This document shows, piece after piece, positions 1-8,236 of a stretch of 64,000 nucleotides of DNA. Numbering within the stretch: the stretch's first letter is position 1; every line of letters starts with the position of its first letter. A program made the translations under genes and the position numbers. The DNA lies in IMG/VR virus record IMGVR_UViG_3300028833_000158, positions 1,274 to 65,273 of that record, one strand, 5' to 3'. The notes under the pieces are model-generated. The model did no database searches. It was given only the letters and a program-made list of their open reading frames with translations, and was not told where the DNA came from. The stretch is from a virus. Its lineage: Duplodnaviria; Caudoviricetes.

Positions 1-8
1 CTGCAGAG

Positions 9-1394
9 TTGAGAAGTCGTCTTTCCAGATATGGTGTAATTCATGATGATCAGTTAAATAAGGCTATATTGTCTATAGGTGATACTACGATGGAGCATTC
101 AGACATAATTGATGTATCTGGAGATGAGTTTATTGAACACAAACTTAACAGAACAGAATTTCAGCATCCTGGGTATTATACACCAAATCTTAGGCCGACT
201 GTCGTTTACAAATGGCATAGTGCTTCATTAGAAGAAGATCCATCAGGAAGACTTAATCCTACTGTTTGGTTTGACTTTGCTGAGAATGTTCCTATACACG
301 AAGGAGATGTGTTTGTAACTACTCATTTCGTATCAGATCCAAGAATGATTAATGATGACAACTTGTTAAGGAACCGTATAAGAGGAGCCGTCGAGCAGAT
401 GGCTAAAAATGCAACAAAAAATGGAAAACTTCCATATACCATTCCTGACAGCGAACTTATGCACTGTACAAGAAGTATTCAGAGATTGCTTAAGCAGTAT
501 CAGCAGTCCCATCCGAATTTTGTAAATAAGTTAACTCATTCTATTGGAACTTATTACGTAGTAGATTCTGACTACCTTGAGCATCATGGTATTTTAGGAA
601 TGCATTGGGGAGTAAGACGGTTCCAGAATAAAAATGGATCTCTTACTCCTGCTGGAAGAGATAGGTATTTAAAAGGCGGAAGAAATTCTGAAAGTAAATC
701 TGAATCCGAGTCAAAGTCTGAAAATAACCAAGATGAAAAGTATGGTTTTAGTGCTGTAGGTATGGTAACGTTAGCTTATGCCGGAGCTTATCTGGCATTG
801 TTCGGAATTGCTATTGGAAGTGAAGTTGCTGCAGCAGCTAAAGAAAAACATCGTGAAAAGAAAGCAGAAGAAGAATTATTCGCTGAGGATAAGCAGTACG
901 GTCTTAAGAAAGAAGATCTTAAGAAATGCAATCCAAATTTTGGAAAAGACGGTTATAATAATAACTGTCCAAAATGCTCTACCGTAATGGAACTCAGAAA
1001 AAGAGGAATGGATGTACAAGCAAATTCTGGAAGTGGTCAGACAATGAAAGAAATGTGCTCATGGTTTAAGAATTGCAAGTACGAGAGTGATATGCATGTT
1101 TCAGCAGCAAAAGAAAAGATACTAAGCTATCCTCCAGGATCCAGCGGATTCGTTTCTGGATTTTACAAAGGTTTTGGCGGTCATGTTGTGCACTGGACAA
1201 ATGTTGGCGGAGAAATACGAATCGAGGACGGACAGAGTGGAAAGGTATATACCTGGGATCAGGCAGTGAAAAGGTATAATTGGCAAGAGGATAGATATTC
1301 TGTAGCAAGATTAGACAATTGTGCTATAAATGAAAAAGCCATGAAGAAGGCCGGAGTTTATACAGAATATGAAGAAGGAGACAAAAAGAAATGA
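9..1394 (+). CDS. HHG-motif putative virion protein with C-terminal papain-like (Tox-PL/glutamine deamidase-like) domain; 5' end may lie outside the window
   Basis: Internal YLEHHGILGMHWGVRRFQN motif, then a hydrophobic helix, then NCPKC..MELRKRGMDVQA / GGHVVHW / IEDGQSG (Cys-His-Asp papain-fold pattern). The frame is open to the window edge. Confidence 0.65.
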   Translation: MRSRLSRYGVIHDDQLNKAILSIGDTTMEHSDIIDVSGDEFIEHKLNRTEFQHPGYYTPNLRPTVVYKWHSASLEEDPSGRLNPTVWFDFAENVPIHEGDVFVTTHFVSDPRMINDDNLLRNRIRGAVEQMAKNATKNGKLPYTIPDSELMHCTRSIQRLLKQYQQSHPNFVNKLTHSIGTYYVVDSDYLEHHGILGMHWGVRRFQNKNGSLTPAGRDRYLKGGRNSESKSESESKSENNQDEKYGFSAVGMVTLAYAGAYLALFGIAIGSEVAAAAKEKHREKKAEEELFAEDKQYGLKKEDLKKCNPNFGKDGYNNNCPKCSTVMELRKRGMDVQANSGSGQTMKEMCSWFKNCKYESDMHVSAAKEKILSYPPGSSGFVSGFYKGFGGHVVHWTNVGGEIRIEDGQSGKVYTWDQAVKRYNWQEDRYSVARLDNCAINEKAMKKAGVYTEYEEGDKKK

Positions 1395-1711
1395 ATGAAA
1401 GGGAAGCAGCTAATATAGTTGAGCAGAAACATCCTGAATATGTGGCTTCTGCTGCAATGAAACTTGGTAATGGTTTTGTTGTAAATATGAAAGGTAAAGA
1501 TGGTGAAGAACTTCTTGACTGTATGTATGCAGTAAACGAAGATGGAACAAAAGTAATGGAATTTAATCCTGAAGCTTGCTTTGAAGAGTTCCAGAAAGCT
1601 TTACCTAATGTCGTTGAGTTCGGAAAAGAAACAAAGCAATCTGCTATAATTCCTGAACTTGATGATTTTCTTGAGCATCACGGCGTTAAAGGAATGCAGA
1701 TAAAGAAATAA
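1391..1711 (+). CDS. Hypothetical protein, possible immunity partner; ends in a truncated HHG motif
   Basis: ATGA overlap with the upstream gene; acidic; C-terminal FLEHHGVKGMQIKK. Confidence 0.55.
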   Translation: MNEREAANIVEQKHPEYVASAAMKLGNGFVVNMKGKDGEELLDCMYAVNEDGTKVMEFNPEACFEEFQKALPNVVEFGKETKQSAIIPELDDFLEHHGVKGMQIKK

Positions 1712-1855
1712 CTCCTCTCATAAGCTATAGCTAGAGAGGGTTATATATTTTAGATTAGGGTCCTAGTAAAACCTTATCTAAATCATTAAAATAACCCAAG
1801 TCTTAAATCGCGCAATGGGTTATCACAACAACACAATTTTTAAAGGAGAATTATT

Positions 1856-2566
1856 ATGAGCGCTTTAAAATGGGACGAAGTAGGAGAGCATCTCTTCGAA
1901 ACAGGTATTGACCACGGTGTACTTTATCCTATGTCAGATAGTGGTACTTATCCTCTTGGAGTAGCTTGGAATGGCCTTACTGGCGTAACCGAGTCTCCCG
2001 AAGGAGCCGAGGCTAATGATAAGTATGCTGACAACATTAAGTATCTGTCAATCAGATCAGCAGAGACCTTCAAGGCTACTGTTAAAGCATTTACTTATCC
2101 TGATGAGTGGGCACAGTGCAATGGCGAAGCTGTTGTAAATGGTGTTACTGTAGGACAGCAGTCAAGAAAGAGCTTTGGTCTTGTTTACAGGACTATCGTT
2201 GGTAACGATATTAAGGGTAATGACTACGCTTACAAGCTTCACCTCGTATACAATGGCACTGCATCACCTTCCGAGAGAGATTACCAGACTGTTAACGATA
2301 GCCCCGATGCAATCGAATTCAGCTGGGAGATCGATACCACTCCTGTAACTCTTACTACAAAGATTGATGGTAAGACTCTTAAGCCTACATCAATTCTTAC
2401 TATCGACAGCAGCAATTTCACTACAGAAGCAGCTAAGGCTAAGCTTAATACTCTTGAGGCAGCTCTGTTTGGAACTGATGCTGATCCCGAGGATCCTCAG
2501 TCTGTTGGAACTGAGCCTTATCTTCCGGATCCTGACACCGTTATTAGCATGCTTTCTGTTGGCTGA
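1856..2566 (+). CDS. Major tail (tube) protein
   Basis: LKWD..GE..FETG.DHGVLY, GVAWNGLTGVTESPEGAE, YADNIKY.SIRSAE.F, YKLHLVY pattern of siphovirus tail tube proteins; AAAGGAG RBS. Confidence 0.85.
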   Translation: MSALKWDEVGEHLFETGIDHGVLYPMSDSGTYPLGVAWNGLTGVTESPEGAEANDKYADNIKYLSIRSAETFKATVKAFTYPDEWAQCNGEAVVNGVTVGQQSRKSFGLVYRTIVGNDIKGNDYAYKLHLVYNGTASPSERDYQTVNDSPDAIEFSWEIDTTPVTLTTKIDGKTLKPTSILTIDSSNFTTEAAKAKLNTLEAALFGTDADPEDPQSVGTEPYLPDPDTVISMLSVG

Positions 2567-2590
2567 TAACAAGTAATTTCAAAATGATTT

Positions 2591-2619
2591 AGGGGCTGGC
2601 TTAATCGCTGGCCCCTTTT
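2591..2619 (+). terminator. Intrinsic terminator after the tail tube gene
   Basis: AGGGGC..GCCCCT stem followed by TTTT. Confidence 0.65.
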
Positions 2620-2643
2620 GTTGTGCTTAGAAAGGAGCATATT

Positions 2644-3096
2644 ATGTATATTAAGACTATCGAATACAAAGACTACATGGGTAATCCTAGAAAGGAAGAT
2701 TTCTATTTCAACCTTAGTGAGGCTGAAATAATGGAAATGGAGCTTTCTAAAGAGGGTGGATTTGATCAGTGGATTACCAGGATTGCTAATGCTCAGAATA
2801 CTCCTGAGCTTATCAAACTTTTTAAGAGCCTTATTCTCATGTCTTACGGTGAAAGATCTCTTGACGGAAAGAGTTTCCTCAAGAAAGATCCTGAGACCGG
2901 AAGACCCCTGAGCGAGGCTTTTGAGCAGACAGCTGCATATCCCGTACTTTTTATGCAACTTGCTACCAACACCGAAGCAGCTACGGAATTTATTAATCAG
3001 GTTATACCTGAAGATGCAGCTAATGCTGTAGAAAAAGCTAAAGCTGACGGAAGCTTGGAAGAGGCAACATCTAAGATCTATCCCCTCTCCAAGTAA
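2644..3096 (+). CDS. Tail assembly chaperone
   Basis: Follows the tail tube gene; TIEYKDY.GN.RKEDFYFNLSEAEI..MEL..SYGERS.DG..F.K pattern; RBS AAAGGAG supports ATG 2644. Confidence 0.7.
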   Translation: MYIKTIEYKDYMGNPRKEDFYFNLSEAEIMEMELSKEGGFDQWITRIANAQNTPELIKLFKSLILMSYGERSLDGKSFLKKDPETGRPLSEAFEQTAAYPVLFMQLATNTEAATEFINQVIPEDAANAVEKAKADGSLEEATSKIYPLSK

Positions 3097-3108
3097 AGAT
3101 ATGGACTT

Positions 3109-3210
3109 GAATCCCCATACTCTATGAGAGTGCGAGGGCTATTGTAAGACCATTCTTTGTCTCCTTTCCTTGGCTGATAGTCTTCGCATTTTCACAAAGT
3201 ATGGGGATTC
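3109..3210 (+). other. 34-bp imperfect inverted repeat (probable RNA hairpin)
   Basis: Arms 3109-3142 and 3177-3210; 4 of the 6 deviations are G-U pairs on the + strand. Confidence 0.75.
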
Positions 3211-3232
3211 TTATTAAAGAGGAGATCTTAAT

Positions 3233-4081
3233 ATGAGCTATTATTACTATGTTGGAAGGTCTCCAGATTATTTGGAGCATCATGGGATTCTAGGAATGAA
3301 ATGGGGAGTTAGAAGATTCCAGAATAAAGATGGATCACTTACTCCGGAAGGGAGAGCTAGGTATGGCGATATTCTCACTAAGAAACAGATGCAGAACTAT
3401 ATTAAAGACTATAATCTTCGGACTGGAGCAAATAAAAAGATCACTAAAAACACTGTTTTCAAGACCGCTGACGGCATGTACGACTATAAAGGCCGCAAGA
3501 TGAATACGGATGTAACAGTTGATGATCCGATGAATGATGTAGAGAATAAAACCGAAACAAAGCCTAAGAAAATTTCTGATTTAACAGATTCTGAACTTGC
3601 AGCAATAAATAAAAGAATGCAGTTAGAGGAAGAATACAAAAAGCATTTGGACAATACGATTCCTCCTAAGAAAGTAAATTTCATCAAATCTTCTCTTGGA
3701 AATTTAAAGAATAATTTAGTAAATGATCTTCCTAAAGGAATAAGCAGCGGTCTTCAGAGTGCACTTTCTGATGCTATAAAAGATTCTTTAAAAACAAAAG
3801 AACCTCCAAAGAAAACAGACATGCACATGGACACAACAAAAGCTTCAGATAAGGATATAGCAGACCTAGCAACAAGATGGGAAAATTTGATGAAGATTGA
3901 AAGGAATAAAAGAGATTACGATAATCGTATGGCAGAAATTGGAGAAGAGATGCTATCCGATTATTGGCCTAAGGAAGACAAAGCTATTAAATATGACGAA
4001 AGATCTAAATCTGATATGGAAGGAAATCCGCTTAATCCTGACAATTACAGATACTATTTAGATGACAAGAGCAAGAAATAG
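3233..4081 (+). CDS. HHG-motif putative virion protein
   Basis: N-terminal YLEHHGILGMKWGVRRFQNKDGSLTPEGRARY, near-identical to the motif in 9..1394; immediately upstream of portal. Confidence 0.7.
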   Translation: MSYYYYVGRSPDYLEHHGILGMKWGVRRFQNKDGSLTPEGRARYGDILTKKQMQNYIKDYNLRTGANKKITKNTVFKTADGMYDYKGRKMNTDVTVDDPMNDVENKTETKPKKISDLTDSELAAINKRMQLEEEYKKHLDNTIPPKKVNFIKSSLGNLKNNLVNDLPKGISSGLQSALSDAIKDSLKTKEPPKKTDMHMDTTKASDKDIADLATRWENLMKIERNKRDYDNRMAEIGEEMLSDYWPKEDKAIKYDERSKSDMEGNPLNPDNYRYYLDDKSKK

Positions 4082-4107
4082 TTTCTTTGAGAAAGGAAAA
4101 ATTCAAA

Positions 4108-5367
4108 ATGGGTTTAAAAGATAGACTTCAGCATGGATGGAATGCCTTTCTCGGAAGAGACGGCCCCTACTATGATTATAGGGATTATGGTGAAGCATAC
4201 TTTACAAGACCCGATAGGGTTAGATTTACAAGAGGACATGAGCGTTCAATAATAAATGCTGTATACAATAGAATAGCTATTGACGCAGCCACAATTGACA
4301 TTCGTCACGTTCGAACTGATAAAGATGGAAGGTACACTGAAGAGATTAACAGTGGACTTAATGATTGTCTGTCTTTATCTGCAAATAAAGATCAGAACGG
4401 AAGACAGTTTATTCAGGATGTTGTCATGTCGCTTCTCGATGAAGGTTGCATAGCTATAGTACCTATAGATACCACAGTTGACATAACAAAGGGTGCTTTT
4501 GATGTTAATTCAATGCGTCCAGGTAAAATCGTTCAGTGGTATCCTGATTATGTTAGAGTTAAAGTATACAACGATAGAATTGGGCACGAGCAGGAGATAA
4601 CTCTCCCTAAAGAGTCGGTTGCAATAATAGAGAATCCGTTTTATTCAGTAATGAATGAACCTAGCTCAACCGCATCAAGACTTATGCGAAAGCTTAATTT
4701 GTTGGATACTATAGACGAACATAATTCAACAGGAAAGCTCGATATGATTATACAGCTTCCATACATTATTAAAACACCTGCTAGAAGACAGCAGGCTGAG
4801 AATAGGCGTAAAGACATAGAGCTTCAGTTGTCTAGTTCAAAGTATGGGATAGCCTATACTGATGGTACAGAAAGGATAACTCAGCTTAATAGATCAATAG
4901 ATAACAACATGATCGAACAGGTTGAATACTTCACCAATATGCTGTACAGTCAGTTAGGTATAACTCAGGCTATAATGGACGGAACTGCTGATGAAAAAGT
5001 CATGCAGAATTATTACACAAGAACAATTGAGCCTATAGTCTCTGCTATAACTGATGAAATAAAACGTAAATTTCTTACTAAAACGGCTAGAACCCAAGGT
5101 CAGTCGATTATGTTCTTTAGAGACCCGTTCAAACTTATGCCCATTGCTGATTTCGCGGAGTTGGCAGATAAGCTTACTAGGAACTGTATCGCTACTTCTA
5201 ACGAAATAAGACAGGCAATAGGAATGAAACCGGTTAATGATCCTCAGGCTGATCAGCTTATCAACAACAATCTTTCACAGCCGAAAGAGGCACTTGAAGG
5301 AGCTGAAGCAGTTGAGATAGATAAGAACCTTAAAGGTAAGAAAATGGAGGAAATTCAAAATGGGTAA
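4108..5367 (+). CDS. Portal protein (HK97-like)
   Basis: RLQHGWNAF, RIAIDAA..DIRHVR, GKIVQWYP..VRV.VYND, GKLDMIIQLPY, NEIRQ.IG..P; adjacent to protease/capsid. Confidence 0.9.
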   Translation: MGLKDRLQHGWNAFLGRDGPYYDYRDYGEAYFTRPDRVRFTRGHERSIINAVYNRIAIDAATIDIRHVRTDKDGRYTEEINSGLNDCLSLSANKDQNGRQFIQDVVMSLLDEGCIAIVPIDTTVDITKGAFDVNSMRPGKIVQWYPDYVRVKVYNDRIGHEQEITLPKESVAIIENPFYSVMNEPSSTASRLMRKLNLLDTIDEHNSTGKLDMIIQLPYIIKTPARRQQAENRRKDIELQLSSSKYGIAYTDGTERITQLNRSIDNNMIEQVEYFTNMLYSQLGITQAIMDGTADEKVMQNYYTRTIEPIVSAITDEIKRKFLTKTARTQGQSIMFFRDPFKLMPIADFAELADKLTRNCIATSNEIRQAIGMKPVNDPQADQLINNNLSQPKEALEGAEAVEIDKNLKGKKMEEIQNG

Positions 5368-7210
5368 AACCAGAGACTTTGGAGGTTACGCCACCAGGTA
5401 TAACATCAAGTGCGCTGACGGTCGTACAATAAGACCTAATGCATTTGATGATATGGACGGCGAAACAGTACCTCTTGTGTGGGATCACAATCATAAATCC
5501 CCATTGAATGTTCTCGGCCACGCTCTTCTTCACAAAAGAGATGATGGCGTTTATGCAGATTTATATTTCAATGAAGAGACTACTCAGGGCGCTAATGCTA
5601 AGGCTCTTGTAAAGAACGGTGATGTTAAAGCGCTCTCTATCTTTGCAAATGGTCTTGCCCAGGACGAAGCAAAGAACGTTATGCACGGAGTAATTCGTGA
5701 GGTTTCTCTTGTTCTTGCTGGAGCTAATCCTGGAGCTTTCATTGATACTGCTATGGCGCATAGTATTGATGGTGAAGATCCTGACGAGGCTATAATTTAT
5801 ATGACCGAAGATCCGATAACACATAGTTTTTATGGAATCGATAGTGCCGCAACAGAAGTTGATGAAAGTAATATCGATGAAGAAGAAATCGTCGAGCATT
5901 CGGATAAAAAAGATGATGAATCCGATGATAAAGATGATGAAACTTATGGAGACGTTATAGCTTCCATGACAGAAAAGCAGCAAAAAGTAGTCGCAGAACT
6001 TGTAGCAAGAGCTGCTATAAAGTCTGATGAATATGATAACAATTCCGATGATAAAGGAGAAAAAGAAATGAAGCACAATGTTTTTGACAATGATTCTGCT
6101 AGCGCTTATGTCGAGCATGGTTTAACCAAAGACGAACAGAAAATGATCATCGCAGACGCAGACAGATATGGATCACTCAAGCAGTCTTTCCTTGCTCATA
6201 GTGAAGAGCTTGGAATTAGCGGTGATGTTCTTATGCATGGAACCGACATCGAGTATTCTGAGGACAAACAGGCGTACATGGTAAATGATCCTTCATTCCT
6301 GTTCCCTGAAGCAAAGGCTCTCAACAATCCTCCTGCATGGATCAAGAGAGATACTGGTTGGGTTTCTGGAGTTCTTTCTGGAACCAAGCATGTTCCTTTC
6401 AGCCGTATCAAGTCTGTATTTGCTGACATCACCGAAGATGAAGCAAGGGCTAAGGGATACATTAAGGGTGATAAGAAGCTTGATGAGGTCTTCACTCTGC
6501 TTAGAAGAAGCACCGATCCCCAGACCATTTACAAGCACCAGTCAATGGATCGTGATGATGTTATCGACATCACCGATTTCGACGTTGTAGCTTGGATCAA
6601 GTCTGAGATGAGAATGATGCTCGACGAGGAGATCGCTCGTGCTATTCTCATTGGTGATGGAAAGCTTACTTCTGATAGAACTCACATTGCTCATGATCAT
6701 ATCAGACCTATCTGGCTTGATGACGATCTCTTCACCATTAAGACTCTTGTTGAGCTCGCTGCTAATGCTACTGATGATACTAAGGCTAAAGCTTACATCA
6801 GAGCTGCAGTTAAGGCTCGTAAGAACTACAAGGGATCTGGAAACCCTGTATTCTACACCACTGAGGATGTTCTTACCGATATGCTGCTTCTTGAGGATAA
6901 CATGGGGCATAGACTTTACAAGTCTGAGTCTGAAGTTGCTTCCGCTATGCGTGTAAGTAGGATCGTAACTGTTCAGGTCATGGAAGGACAGAGCAGAACT
7001 GTTGATAATGTTACAAGAAATCTCGTAGGTATCATCGTTAACCTTTCCGACTATACCGTAGGTGCAGATAAGGGTGGAGCTGTTGCTATGTTCGATGACT
7101 TCGACATCGATTACAACAAGCAGAAGTATCTGATTGAGACCAGATGCTCTGGCGCTCTTACTGTTCCTTACAGTGCAATCGTTATCGAGTCTGCTGTAGC
7201 TAACTCATAA
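5360..7210 (+). CDS. Prohead protease-major capsid protein fusion
   Basis: N-terminal HK97-type protease (VPLVWDHNH, LSIF, EVSLVLAGANPGA), acidic linker, C-terminal capsid domain (EMRMMLDEEIARAILIGDG, FDIDYNKQKYLIETRCSGAL). Confidence 0.9.
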   Translation: MGKTRDFGGYATRYNIKCADGRTIRPNAFDDMDGETVPLVWDHNHKSPLNVLGHALLHKRDDGVYADLYFNEETTQGANAKALVKNGDVKALSIFANGLAQDEAKNVMHGVIREVSLVLAGANPGAFIDTAMAHSIDGEDPDEAIIYMTEDPITHSFYGIDSAATEVDESNIDEEEIVEHSDKKDDESDDKDDETYGDVIASMTEKQQKVVAELVARAAIKSDEYDNNSDDKGEKEMKHNVFDNDSASAYVEHGLTKDEQKMIIADADRYGSLKQSFLAHSEELGISGDVLMHGTDIEYSEDKQAYMVNDPSFLFPEAKALNNPPAWIKRDTGWVSGVLSGTKHVPFSRIKSVFADITEDEARAKGYIKGDKKLDEVFTLLRRSTDPQTIYKHQSMDRDDVIDITDFDVVAWIKSEMRMMLDEEIARAILIGDGKLTSDRTHIAHDHIRPIWLDDDLFTIKTLVELAANATDDTKAKAYIRAAVKARKNYKGSGNPVFYTTEDVLTDMLLLEDNMGHRLYKSESEVASAMRVSRIVTVQVMEGQSRTVDNVTRNLVGIIVNLSDYTVGADKGGAVAMFDDFDIDYNKQKYLIETRCSGALTVPYSAIVIESAVANS

Positions 7211-7225
7211 TCTTAAGTAATTTTA

Positions 7226-7255
7226 GCCATCCCGGGCGTAAAAACTCGGGGTGGT
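7226..7255 (+). promoter_or_regulatory. Conserved 11-bp hairpin with CGTAAAAA loop (copy 1)
   Basis: GCCATCCCGGG-CGTAAAAA-CTCGGGGTGGT; structural twin at 16924-16953. Confidence 0.6.
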
Positions 7256-7277
7256 ATTATTGGTAAAGGAGACACCA

Positions 7278-7838
7278 ATGATTACTATACATGTTCCTGA
7301 ATCTAAAGGCAAAGATTATTGGGACCCTAAAAAGGAAGAATTTGTGACTATTCCTTCAACAAAGGCCTATGATTTAAATCTCGAACATTCTTTAATATCG
7401 ATTTCCAAATGGGAATCTAAGTATCATATTCCATTCATTTCAAAAGAATCCCACACTGAGGATCAGGTTTTGCATTACATAAAATGCATGACTATTAACC
7501 AGAATGTTCCAGATTCTGTTTACGAGAATTTAACTGTTGATAACATAAAAGCAATATCGGATTACATAAACGATCCGATGAGCGCTACGACTGTTAATAA
7601 ATTACCAGGAATAGATAAGTCAAGAGAAGTTGTTACTTCAGAGTTGATTTATTATTGGATGATAGCGCTTCAAATACCTTGTGAGTTTGAAAAATGGCAT
7701 TTGAATAGACTATTGAAGTTAATAGAAGTATGTAACGTTAAGAATACTCCGCCTAAGAAGATGAGCAAAAACGAGATCATGGCACGTAATAAATCTCTTA
7801 ATGCCGCTCGTAGAGCGAAATACAATACGAAAGGCTAG
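7278..7838 (+). CDS. Probable second tail assembly chaperone
   Basis: LEHSLISISKWESKY..PF, TSELIYYWMIALQIP.E.EKWHLNRL..LI; lies upstream of the gp10-like and tape measure genes. Confidence 0.6.
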   Translation: MITIHVPESKGKDYWDPKKEEFVTIPSTKAYDLNLEHSLISISKWESKYHIPFISKESHTEDQVLHYIKCMTINQNVPDSVYENLTVDNIKAISDYINDPMSATTVNKLPGIDKSREVVTSELIYYWMIALQIPCEFEKWHLNRLLKLIEVCNVKNTPPKKMSKNEIMARNKSLNAARRAKYNTKG

Positions 7839-7849
7839 GAAAATTCAAA

Positions 7850-8236
7850 ATGAGTTCAGCAATCACATGTACAGTTAAAGGTAATTTTAAGAAAACTAAT
7901 TCGTTTCTTGAGAGATGTTTAAACTTTGTAAAACTTGGAAGGCTGGACCATTATGGACGTGTAGGAGTAGAGGCTTTTAGAAACAACACTCCTAAATACA
8001 CTGGATTAGCGGCATCTTCTTGGTATTACAAGATAGAAAGAAACGATCAAACTGCTAGTCTTATATTTTGTAATGATGACATAGAAGGTGGATTAAATGT
8101 GGCTATACTTATTGCTTATGGACACGGCACCAGAGGAGGTGTTTATGTTCCAGGTGTTGATTATATAACGCCATCTATGAAAAAGGTTCTTGTAGAAGTA
8201 GCTAATGATATGAGAAAGGAGATAGGGTCATTATGA
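7850..8236 (+). CDS. HK97 gp10-like tail completion protein
   Basis: KGNFKKT..FL, TP..TG..ASSWYY.I, VAILI.YGHGTRGG.YV.G.DYI.P. Confidence 0.6.
   Translation: MSSAITCTVKGNFKKTNSFLERCLNFVKLGRLDHYGRVGVEAFRNNTPKYTGLAASSWYYKIERNDQTASLIFCNDDIEGGLNVAILIAYGHGTRGGVYVPGVDYITPSMKKVLVEVANDMRKEIGSL

Noticed and set aside
2644-7838. Programmed frameshift joining the two tail chaperones
   Set aside because: The two genes are separated by about 4 kb of head genes.
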